Shown here piece by piece: positions 44,263 through 51,967 of a stretch of DNA of 64,000 bases. The notes under the pieces were generated by a model. That model saw nothing but the letters and a program-made list of their open reading frames with translations. It made no database searches and was not told the origin of the DNA. Origin of the DNA: an uncultured Leptospiraceae bacterium (GTDB lineage Bacteria; Spirochaetota; UBA4802; UB4802); contig CAYFSO010000004.1 in NCBI GenBank assembly GCA_964345775.1, positions 9,141-73,140 of the forward strand. Reading direction: 5' to 3'. Within the stretch, counting starts at the first letter, position 1, and each line of letters begins with the position of its first letter. The translations under genes and the position numbers were made by a program.

Positions 44263-45021
44263 TTATTGCGTCTTGATAAGCTTCAGCACCGGATACCTCT
44301 GTTTATACACCCCAAGTGGTGAATACGCAAAGTTGACCTTGCCGCCTTTTTCTTTACTTTTTTTTATTACATCAATCTTCTCTTCAGGAACAAATACCAG
44401 AAGCCTGTACTTTTCTGAACTTGTCTGCATCAGCAGAAGTTTATGATTGTCCAAATCGTACACCTTCAGGGAAGATGGTATCTTGTAAAACTTCACAGGG
44501 TATAATGCAGCAAAATATTCTTTACCCTGCATGGCAGGATAGTCTTTCAGCAACTGCTTGTACGTAGCCCTGGGAAGGTTTGCTATAGAAATTGCGATTT
44601 CCTTGCCAGGTACGTCTGCAAGTTCATTCTCCTGTAGATCCAGATCAACCTCTTTTTCTTCCCCTGCTACCTTCTTCTGCTCTTTATCCGTCTTTTGCTT
44701 GAGAATGAAGAAGCTTTGCACCTGGTACCCGGCACTTGCTTTTTTCCTGGTTTCTTCGTCAACCACGCCATACGGCATTATGGTATCGCCTCCATGGGTA
44801 CGGGCAAGTTCCTTCGCTTTCTCCACGCGCTGATCCAGTGTCATGCCGCCAATATCCACTATACCTATTTCATGGTAGCCGGCCATGTCATCTATCAACA
44901 CCAGTTCCACGTTCTCGCCGGGAGACAGTGGGTCATACTTTTCACCGGTAACAACCACCTTCGAAGTGGATGAGCAGGAGACCGCACCAACAAGAATAAA
45001 AATCGTTACTATCTTTTTCAT
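44263..45021 (-). CDS. Hypothetical lipoprotein, 9 nt upstream of the giant glucan enzyme gene
   Basis: 252 aa. Lipobox ILVGAVSCSS. No family recognised. Confidence 0.55.
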   Translation of the reverse strand: MKKIVTIFILVGAVSCSSTSKVVVTGEKYDPLSPGENVELVLIDDMAGYHEIGIVDIGGMTLDQRVEKAKELARTHGGDTIMPYGVVDEETRKKASAGYQVQSFFILKQKTDKEQKKVAGEEKEVDLDLQENELADVPGKEIAISIANLPRATYKQLLKDYPAMQGKEYFAALYPVKFYKIPSSLKVYDLDNHKLLLMQTSSEKYRLLVFVPEEKIDVIKKSKEKGGKVNFAYSPLGVYKQRYPVLKLIKTQ

Positions 45022-45187
45022 TATTTTTACCTTCCTGCCATGTTACAACTTGACATGGAAAACAGTAAACAGTTTTAGTCCCCACGTCAATAGAAAAAAG
45101 ATTCTCCTCATGCCATGAGTATTTTATTCTTTGACACGCAAATGCCCGTTCATGTATTCTTTACAAAACACGATATGGAGCGATCAT

Positions 45188-46498
45188 ATGAGCACTAATC
45201 CCGATAACACCGTGTCCTATCCACTTAGAGATTATCGACCTGATGCTGCAGAATTTACTGCCGAAGAAAAGAAAATTCTTGAACATATTAACAGCAAGGT
45301 AGCCGGCGGACAATCACTTAAGGATATTCTTGAATTTCTGTATAATGAAACATCATCCATCATGCCCTGTGACAGGATCGGGATCGCTTTTACCGATGAA
45401 AGCGGTAAAAGGCTTATCCTGTATCACGTAATTGCATCATACGAACCTCTTCACCTGGACCGGGGATATGCAGCTGATCTGCGGGGAAGCTCCCTGGACA
45501 GGGTGTTCAGTGATGGGACTCCCAGGGTAATAAATGACCTCCAGGAATACCTTGAATCCAATCCCGGCAGCAGGTCTACACGGTTACTGGTGAAAGAGGG
45601 AGTACGTTCAAGCATGACATGTCCACTATATGTTGATCAGCGGATAGTAGGTGTTCTCTTCAGGAGCTCCAGGAAACCCGGTGCATATTCCATGCACGAG
45701 GTTAAACTGCACAAGGCCATATCAGAACGGTTAAGCCAGGCAGTGGAGAAGGCCTGGCGCATTGAACAACTCTCGTCCGCATTGAATGCCTATACCGAGA
45801 TGCTCAGTTTTGTGACCCATGAGCTGAAAAGTCCACTTTCATCTATTATTACACTGGGGAAAACCCTTAACAGCGGCTACTTCGGCGATGACCCGGCAAA
45901 GCACGAGGAGATGATAGGCCGTATGATAGACAAGGCCGAGTACCTGGGCACCATCGTGAACGAATACCTGAACCTCTCAAGAATAGAAGAAGGACGCATG
46001 TCCGTAAAACCAGTGGATGTTGACCTGCATAATGACATTATTGAAGAAGCCATTGACATAGTACAACCACAGGTTGAAGAAAGGAACATTGAACTCGAAA
46101 AAATATACGATGAAAAAATTACAACAGCGAAATGCGATCCCGACCTGATGAAAATCGTTCTTCATAACCTGTTAAGCAACGCGGTGAAATACAGCGATGA
46201 AAATGGTACCGTCAGGGTTACCACCCGCCATGATGACCAGAACCTGTATATCGACGTCTGGAACCAGGGGCCCGGATTCCCCGAGGAACAGAAGTACAGG
46301 CTGTTCAGGCGTTTTTCAAGGATAGAAAAAGACGAACTGATGGACCGGAAGGGCAGTGGCATAGGCCTGTTTGTCTCTTACAACATAGCCTACCTTCACG
46401 GGGGAAGGATCGTTGCCGATTCAAAAGAAGGCGAATGGGCACAATTTACCGTTGAAATACCCCAGCCCCCGAAGGTAGATGAAAACGATCAGGGATAA
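45188..46498 (+). CDS. GAF-domain sensor histidine kinase
   Basis: H-box FVTHELKSPLSSI, N-box LLSNAVKYSD, G1 DVWNQGPGF, G2 GSGIGL. The track ORF starts at TTG 45131. ATG 45188 has a GGAG SD about 10 nt upstream and is preferred. Confidence 0.85.
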   Translation: MSTNPDNTVSYPLRDYRPDAAEFTAEEKKILEHINSKVAGGQSLKDILEFLYNETSSIMPCDRIGIAFTDESGKRLILYHVIASYEPLHLDRGYAADLRGSSLDRVFSDGTPRVINDLQEYLESNPGSRSTRLLVKEGVRSSMTCPLYVDQRIVGVLFRSSRKPGAYSMHEVKLHKAISERLSQAVEKAWRIEQLSSALNAYTEMLSFVTHELKSPLSSIITLGKTLNSGYFGDDPAKHEEMIGRMIDKAEYLGTIVNEYLNLSRIEEGRMSVKPVDVDLHNDIIEEAIDIVQPQVEERNIELEKIYDEKITTAKCDPDLMKIVLHNLLSNAVKYSDENGTVRVTTRHDDQNLYIDVWNQGPGFPEEQKYRLFRRFSRIEKDELMDRKGSGIGLFVSYNIAYLHGGRIVADSKEGEWAQFTVEIPQPPKVDENDQG

Positions 46499-46508
46499 TC
46501 GCTCTGCC

Positions 46509-47183
46509 TCAGAATTTCAGGCCTGAAGGTTTCACAAAACGAACATTATTTTTTTTCATATCTTCAATGGCATTCGGGATGCTGTCAGGTGGCGTCCCCA
46601 CCCCCCTGGAAAGGTCGGGTAAGAGATATACCTCGAACCCCTTTTTGCTTCCGTCTACTGCAGTGAAGAATACGCACACGTCCAGGGCAAGGCCGCATAC
46701 GAATATACGTTTCACACCACGCCCTTTAAGATATCCTTCCAGGCCGGTTTCTGTTTTATGGTCATTTTCAAGAAATCCTGAATAACTGTCAATTCCCGGG
46801 TTATATCCCTTTCGTATTATCATGTGAGCGCTGTCAACATGGAGATCATCGTGCAGGGATGCCCCTTTTGAACCGATTACGCAATGATCCGGCCAGAGCA
46901 CAGGGCCGATACCCGGTCCCTCAACAGCATCAAAAGGTTCTTTCCCCTCATGCTGGCTTGCAAAGGAATTATGATCTGGGGGATGCCAGTCCTGTGTACA
47001 CACTACCGTGTACCGGTTTTTGAAAAATTCATCCATCAGCTTGTTCACTTCACCTGTAAAGGCATCACCTTCATCAACGGGAAGGGCACCCCCCGGCATA
47101 AAATCGTACTGCATATCCACTACCACCAGTGCGTCTTCACTGGTCACTTCCACGCTTTCAATGTACTGAATATCAAGTTCCAT
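46509..47183 (-). CDS. pncA: Nicotinamidase/pyrazinamidase (isochorismatase family)
   Basis: 224 aa. ALVVVDMQYDFMPGGALPV, QDWHPPDHNSF, LWPDHC, and the catalytic Cys context VCGLALDVCV. Confidence 0.8.
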   Translation of the reverse strand: MELDIQYIESVEVTSEDALVVVDMQYDFMPGGALPVDEGDAFTGEVNKLMDEFFKNRYTVVCTQDWHPPDHNSFASQHEGKEPFDAVEGPGIGPVLWPDHCVIGSKGASLHDDLHVDSAHMIIRKGYNPGIDSYSGFLENDHKTETGLEGYLKGRGVKRIFVCGLALDVCVFFTAVDGSKKGFEVYLLPDLSRGVGTPPDSIPNAIEDMKKNNVRFVKPSGLKF

Positions 47184-47363
47184 GATCGCTCCTTTTATTT
47201 CCTCTTTCTTATCATTATAATAACAACCGGCGTATTAATCAAGCCACCATCGTCACGCATTGCGGGCACATACCACTGAAAAAATATCTTGAAAAAAATG
47301 CTGACCCCATTATGAATGGCTACCTGTTCCCCGTCATCACTGTCCATTCAGGCATGAAGGGGA

Positions 47364-47391
47364 TTGAAAAAATCAATTATTATGGTATACT
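47364..47391 (+). promoter_or_regulatory. Near-consensus sigma70 promoter with extended -10
   Basis: TTGAAA (47364-47369), a 16-nt spacer ending in TGG, then TATACT (47386-47391). It drives a ~100-nt leader before the ATG at 47500. Confidence 0.5.
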
Positions 47392-47499
47392 ACTATACAG
47401 TAGACTATGAGTACGAAACACGCCGATTTATCCATCCGTGTTTCACGTAAACTGCACTCGCTGAATAAACCTTATAATTCTGTAGAAGGAGCCGTGTAT

Positions 47500-47778
47500 A
47501 TGAGCACCGAGAAAATGTATTGTGCCAACTGTTTAAACTGTACTGTCTTTCGACAATATGAAACTGACAATAAAAACTTTGTACTGAGGGTTCGATGCCA
47601 GAAGAAGAAATGGCTCAAACGATCCGGAGAGGAAAAGGTACACAAGTATTTCACCGTTGCCCGGCGAGTAATGGAGGAATGCGAAGACTATGTTGAGGCC
47701 GGCGAACTGTACCCATACATCAAAAACCTTAGAAAGGCACTGCCGGTTAAAGATGAGCTATATGCAATAGAAAGGTAA
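47500..47778 (+). CDS. Small Cys-containing hypothetical protein (92 aa)
   Basis: AAGGAG SD 8 nt before ATG 47500. Sequence MSTEKMYCANCLNCTVFRQYE...RVRCQKKKW...EECEDY. The track ORF starts at 47407 with no SD. It has its own promoter and terminator. Confidence 0.5.
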   Translation: MSTEKMYCANCLNCTVFRQYETDNKNFVLRVRCQKKKWLKRSGEEKVHKYFTVARRVMEECEDYVEAGELYPYIKNLRKALPVKDELYAIER

Positions 47779-47787
47779 ATCCCTCTT

Positions 47788-48789
47788 TCAGGACCACACT
47801 CCCGGCAGTGTGGTCCCGCACTTTTTACATTTGCCGTCATCCAGGTTGTTCCCTGACATGCTGAAAATATTGCGTGAAAGCACTTCTTCTCCACAGGAAG
47901 GGCATCTTGTCACTGCCGGCGTACGCACGTTTCCCAGGTACACATAACGCAGGCCTTCATTACCGGCAATATCTCTTGCCCTTTCAAGGTCAGCAATTGG
48001 AGTTGGCGGTGCATCCTGTAATTTATGTGCGGGAAAAAACGCGCTGAAATGCAGCGGGTAGTCCTTTCCAAGGTTTTCTACTATCCATTTGCACATCCTT
48101 TCTATCTCTTCATCACTGTCATTATATCCAGGAATAACGAGGGTTGTAACTTCTATCCATACATCCATTTCTTTCAAAAGTTTTAACGTATCAAGTACCG
48201 GCTGCAGTTTTGCCCCGCAAATTTTCCTGTAGAATGTATCATTGAATCCCTTGAGATCCACGTTGGCCGCATCAATAAATGGATACAGCTGTTTTCCTGG
48301 TTCTATCTCAAGGTAACCGTTGGTCACCAGCACGTTCTTCAGGCCATTATCCCTTGCTTTTTTTGACGCCTCCAAAACATATTCATAGTTTATACCCGGT
48401 TCGTTATATGTATACGCAATTGATTCACAATCCTTTTCCTTTGAACGGGACACGAGGGTATCAGCATCAAGCCTTGAACTGGGTATATTTTCAGGATCTG
48501 CGCTGCTCAGCTCCCAGTTCTGGCAATGCATACACGACATGTTGCAGCCAGCAGTTCCAACTGACATGGACAAGGATCCCGGAAGAAAGTGATACAGTGG
48601 TTTCTTTTCTATGGGGTCAACATGTATGGCACATGGCATCCCGTATATCAATGAATACAGTTTTCCTCCCTGGTTCTCTCTTACCCTGCATATGCCTCTT
48701 TTCCCGTCTGAAAGAACACAGTTATGCGGGCAAAGCAAACATTGCACCTTGCCATCATCCCGTACGGTGTAATGTAATGCTTCCTTCAT
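47788..48789 (-). CDS. amrS: AmmeMemoRadiSam-system radical SAM enzyme (AmrS-type)
   Basis: 333 aa. N-terminal CLLCPHNCVLSDGKRGICRVREN, DPIEKKPLYHFLPGS, radical-SAM CxxxCxxC (GCNMSCMHCQNWE), and a C-terminal CPSCG...CKKCG zinc ribbon. Confidence 0.8.
   Translation of the reverse strand: MKEALHYTVRDDGKVQCLLCPHNCVLSDGKRGICRVRENQGGKLYSLIYGMPCAIHVDPIEKKPLYHFLPGSLSMSVGTAGCNMSCMHCQNWELSSADPENIPSSRLDADTLVSRSKEKDCESIAYTYNEPGINYEYVLEASKKARDNGLKNVLVTNGYLEIEPGKQLYPFIDAANVDLKGFNDTFYRKICGAKLQPVLDTLKLLKEMDVWIEVTTLVIPGYNDSDEEIERMCKWIVENLGKDYPLHFSAFFPAHKLQDAPPTPIADLERARDIAGNEGLRYVYLGNVRTPAVTRCPSCGEEVLSRNIFSMSGNNLDDGKCKKCGTTLPGVWS
47791..47826 (+). terminator. Rho-independent terminator for the small + strand gene, embedded in the 3' coding end of the convergent amrS
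   Basis: GGACCACACT-CCCGGC-AGTGTGGTCC (10-bp stem) followed by CGCACTTTTT. Confidence 0.5.
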
Positions 48790-49196
48790 TAACCACCCTC
48801 CTCTTCTTCTACGTGCTCTTTTACTATCTCCGCGAACTCCTCCCTCACCCTGTCCGCGTCACCTTCATTGTACGCAACAATATTACGGATATGAACAAAT
48901 GAATCGAGATCCATCTCTTCGAAATGTATGGCAAAGCCGTCACTCTCATGTCTTACAACCGAACCCGTCACGTTTACCGTGAGATCCGAAGTTGATCCCT
49001 GAAGTGAAACAACTATGGTAACCCTGGTCCCTATGGGAATGGATTTATCCGTCTCAACGAAAAGCCCCCTGAGACTTAAATCACGCACCATTCCCTCAAC
49101 CACATTATTATCGTATTTAACCATGGCATTAATATCAAATTCAACCCTGCTTGATTTTCTCTTTTCCATGTTTCTCTCCACGTTCGTGTATTTCAA
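48789..49196 (-). CDS. PilZ-domain (c-di-GMP receptor-like) protein
   Basis: 135 aa. RxxxR-type motif KRKSSRVEF and D/NxSxxG-type motif RDLSLRGLF. The stop overlaps the amrS ATG by 1 nt (TAATG). Confidence 0.7.
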   Translation of the reverse strand: MKYTNVERNMEKRKSSRVEFDINAMVKYDNNVVEGMVRDLSLRGLFVETDKSIPIGTRVTIVVSLQGSTSDLTVNVTGSVVRHESDGFAIHFEEMDLDSFVHIRNIVAYNEGDADRVREEFAEIVKEHVEEEEGG

Positions 49197-49227
49197 TCTA
49201 TCAATGTACGGAAGCCTGTACCATGAT

Positions 49228-49256
49228 AATATATGATACCATATACATTATTTCAA
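49228..49256 (-). promoter_or_regulatory. Candidate sigma70 promoter for the PilZ-amrS bicistron
   Basis: The minus strand reads TTGAAA-N17-TATATT about 30 nt upstream of the PilZ ATG. Confidence 0.4.
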
Positions 49257-49269
49257 GAACAAGCGAAAG

Positions 49270-49304
49270 TTACCTGTCGGCTGCAAAACAAAGGGGACAG
49301 GTAA
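49270..49304 (-). terminator. Possible terminator hairpin downstream of the TPR gene
   Basis: TTACCTGTC / GACAGGTAA 9-bp stem with a 17-nt loop. The downstream tract on the minus strand is only weakly U-rich (CUUUCGCUUGUUCUUG). Confidence 0.3.
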
Positions 49305-49353
49305 TCGTTATGACCCTGCCCCCGAGTGGAATCCTTTATTATAGTTGTGAGAC

Positions 49354-50994
49354 TTACTGCAACTGGTTATAGTTGGTCCTGTAATCTTTATTGTTGGGAT
49401 CACGCTTTACAGCCTCCCCGTACCAGTACTTTGCTTTCTGCGTATCGTTTAACTTGTACCTGTATATCCATCCCAGGTATCCGGCAGCCCAGGCATAATC
49501 ACTGTTATACTTGTGGGCATTCTCAAGATAGGGTATGGCCTGCCTGTACTGACCAAGCTGGCTGTAGCAGTACCCCAGGTTGGCAAGTGTGTACCTGTAG
49601 GTATTGTTCACTTTAAGTGAATCCTTGTAGTATTTAATAGCTTTTTTGTACTGGCCTTTGAGCAGGTAAATATACGCCTTTTCACTCCATGCCTTGTAAT
49701 CCTTTTTATCAACCTTGATGGCCTTTTCAAAAGCTCCCAAAGCCTTATCGTATTCCTCCAGCTTCCGGTAACCAATACCCAGGTTTCTGAGACCAAGGGA
49801 ATAGTTGGGGTATTTTTCAAGAACGGTCTTGTACATTTCAACCGCATCCCGGGACTGTCCTTTCCTTTCGTACACCACACCCTGGTTCATGTAACCAACC
49901 TTGTAACCGGGGTCAATGTCCACGGCATTTTTGAAATACTTCAGCGCCCTGTCGTAATCCCCGTTGTTCAAGTATATAACCCCCAGGTTGTTGTGGGCAT
50001 CTGTGAAGAACTTGTTTCGTTCTATAGTCTTAAGAAGGAACTGCTCCTCTTTCTTGTCATCGTATGCAAATACCTTGCTGAGCAGAAAATACGCCTCGGC
50101 ATTGTTAGGATTTATCTTGATGGCTTTTCTGGCCTCTTTCTCGCAGAGTTTCCACTTGTTTGGCAGCTTCTTCTTGTCTACCTCCTGGTAATACCTTGCA
50201 AGTGACACGTGAGCCTCGTCAAGGTTGGGATCAATTTCAATCGCCTTTGTGCTGTATTTATACGACTTTTCCACCAGCGACGGGTCAGTCCTGTTGTGGT
50301 AATTTCGCAGCTCCCAGGAACGAAGAGAATAGGCCTTGCCCAGGCCCGCATACGCAAGACTGTACCTGTCATCGATCTCAACAGCCTTGTTGTACATATC
50401 GATAGCCTTGAGGTAGTCAAGCTGAAAGAGCAAAAATTTCTGCCCCTTCACGAAATATTCATAGGCGGATATGTTCCTCGTGGCGTTGTTCTTGATACGT
50501 TCTTTTACCGCGCTTGTGATGGATACGTTGGTCTCATCAATGATCTTCAGTGCTATCTGGTCCTGCAGGTCGAATATCTGGTCAAGTATGCCGGTAGCCT
50601 GTACCTGTTTCAGCACCTTGTGACTTTCGACTTCCACTATCTTTGCCGATATGCGCACCTGGTTGCCAAATTTCTGGAAATTACCAACCACCATGAGATC
50701 TGCACCCATTGCCTTACCGGCCTTTTTTGCAGAATTTTCGTCGATAACACCGGTTTGCCCCAGTGCCACCTCTTCCATGAGTTTATCAACGTTGGTCCGG
50801 TCTACAACGATGTATTCTTCCACGTTGCGAAGCTTGTATGATACAGAATCGGCAATACCGATCTCCAGCCATGTAATGTTATTATCCCTGGTCAGGTTCT
50901 TGAACGCGGTCACCCCTATGACCCTTTTGGCAAATGCTTCAGAAGCGAATAGAAGGATGGAAATTGTTAAAAGAAAGGCCACTTTTCTCTTCAT
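49354..50994 (-). CDS. Secreted TPR-repeat protein with N-terminal CsgG/TolB-N/LpoB-like periplasmic module
   Basis: Signal peptide MKRKVAFLLTISILLFASEAFA starting at ATG 50994 (the track start at 51054 is unlikely). N-terminal VIGVTAFKNLTRDNNITWLEIGIADSVSYKL...GADLMVVGNFQKFGNQVRISAKIVEV. At least 9 TPR units follow (AYxxLGxxY-type repeats). Confidence 0.75.
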   Translation of the reverse strand: MKRKVAFLLTISILLFASEAFAKRVIGVTAFKNLTRDNNITWLEIGIADSVSYKLRNVEEYIVVDRTNVDKLMEEVALGQTGVIDENSAKKAGKAMGADLMVVGNFQKFGNQVRISAKIVEVESHKVLKQVQATGILDQIFDLQDQIALKIIDETNVSITSAVKERIKNNATRNISAYEYFVKGQKFLLFQLDYLKAIDMYNKAVEIDDRYSLAYAGLGKAYSLRSWELRNYHNRTDPSLVEKSYKYSTKAIEIDPNLDEAHVSLARYYQEVDKKKLPNKWKLCEKEARKAIKINPNNAEAYFLLSKVFAYDDKKEEQFLLKTIERNKFFTDAHNNLGVIYLNNGDYDRALKYFKNAVDIDPGYKVGYMNQGVVYERKGQSRDAVEMYKTVLEKYPNYSLGLRNLGIGYRKLEEYDKALGAFEKAIKVDKKDYKAWSEKAYIYLLKGQYKKAIKYYKDSLKVNNTYRYTLANLGYCYSQLGQYRQAIPYLENAHKYNSDYAWAAGYLGWIYRYKLNDTQKAKYWYGEAVKRDPNNKDYRTNYNQLQ

Positions 50995-51153
50995 GGCAGT
51001 ACCCTCGTATAGTGTGTGATTATCCGGCCGTGCCACCGAATGGGGATTATACATTACATAAGAGTACTAAATGAAAGTAAAAAGGCAATAAAAAAAAGAG
51101 CGGCGCAATAGAATAATTACCTGTTTAAAGAAGAGCCGCACGGGACAGAATTT

Positions 51154-51918
51154 CTACAGGGTTACCTCTATTTCCCTGTCCTTCAGGTACGCCTTCACCT
51201 CCCTTATGTTGAGAATGCGGAAGTGGAATACCGAGGCAGCCAGCAGAATATCAGCGCCTCCCTTTACCACCGCATCGTAAAAATGCTCCAGGGTGCCTGC
51301 CCCGCCGGAAGCGATCACCGGGACAGTGACTGCATCGGTTATTGCCCTGGTAAATTCCAGGTCATATCCCTGCTTTGTGCCGTCCCCATCCATACTGGTT
51401 GGCAAGATGGACCCGGCACCCAGGTCCTGGCATTCCCTGGCCCATGCCACTGCATCCTTACCAACGGGCCTGGTGCCTCCGGATACCACCAGTTCGAAAC
51501 CGGAAGCCATATGGGCATTTCTTTTACCGTCAACGGCCACGGTGACTTTCTCCTTGCCAAACCGTTCAACCGCACTGGCCACCAGCTGCGGGTCCTTTAC
51601 CGCCGCACTGTTCATGGATACCCTGTCTGCACCCGCATTCAGCACCTCTTCGATATCAGAAAGGCTGCCAATACCGCCACCCACCGTCAATGGAATTGAA
51701 ATTACCGATGACACGTTCTTCACCCATTCCAGCATGGTTTTACGGTTCTCAAGTGTTGCCGCGATATCCAGCATGGCCAGATCATCGGCACCCTCTTCCT
51801 GGTAAAAGGCCGCGTTCTCCACCGGGTCACCCGCATCCTTTATATCAACGAAATGCACACCTTTCACAACCCGCCCGTTTTTCATATCAAGACACGGCAT
51901 TATCTTAATAACGCTCAT
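51154..51918 (-). CDS. hisF: Imidazole glycerol phosphate synthase cyclase subunit (HisF family), no other his genes nearby
   Basis: 254 aa. IMPCLDMKNGRVVKGVHFVDIKDAGDPVE...LTVGGGIGS...VIASGGAG. Confidence 0.85.
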   Translation of the reverse strand: MSVIKIMPCLDMKNGRVVKGVHFVDIKDAGDPVENAAFYQEEGADDLAMLDIAATLENRKTMLEWVKNVSSVISIPLTVGGGIGSLSDIEEVLNAGADRVSMNSAAVKDPQLVASAVERFGKEKVTVAVDGKRNAHMASGFELVVSGGTRPVGKDAVAWARECQDLGAGSILPTSMDGDGTKQGYDLEFTRAITDAVTVPVIASGGAGTLEHFYDAVVKGGADILLAASVFHFRILNIREVKAYLKDREIEVTL

Positions 51919-51921
51919 TAC

Positions 51922-51963
51922 TTACTCCTCCTCCCTCTTCACTCCTCACTCCTCACTGTTCAC
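51922..51963 (-). repeat. Six tandem imperfect heptamers (GTGARGA on the coding strand) filling the ftsK-hisF spacer
   Basis: The minus strand reads GTGAACA GTGAGGA GTGAGGA GTGAAGA GGGAGGA GGAGTAA, then GTA ATG (hisF start). The whole intergenic spacer is only 49 nt. Confidence 0.8.
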
Positions 51964-51967
51964 TATA

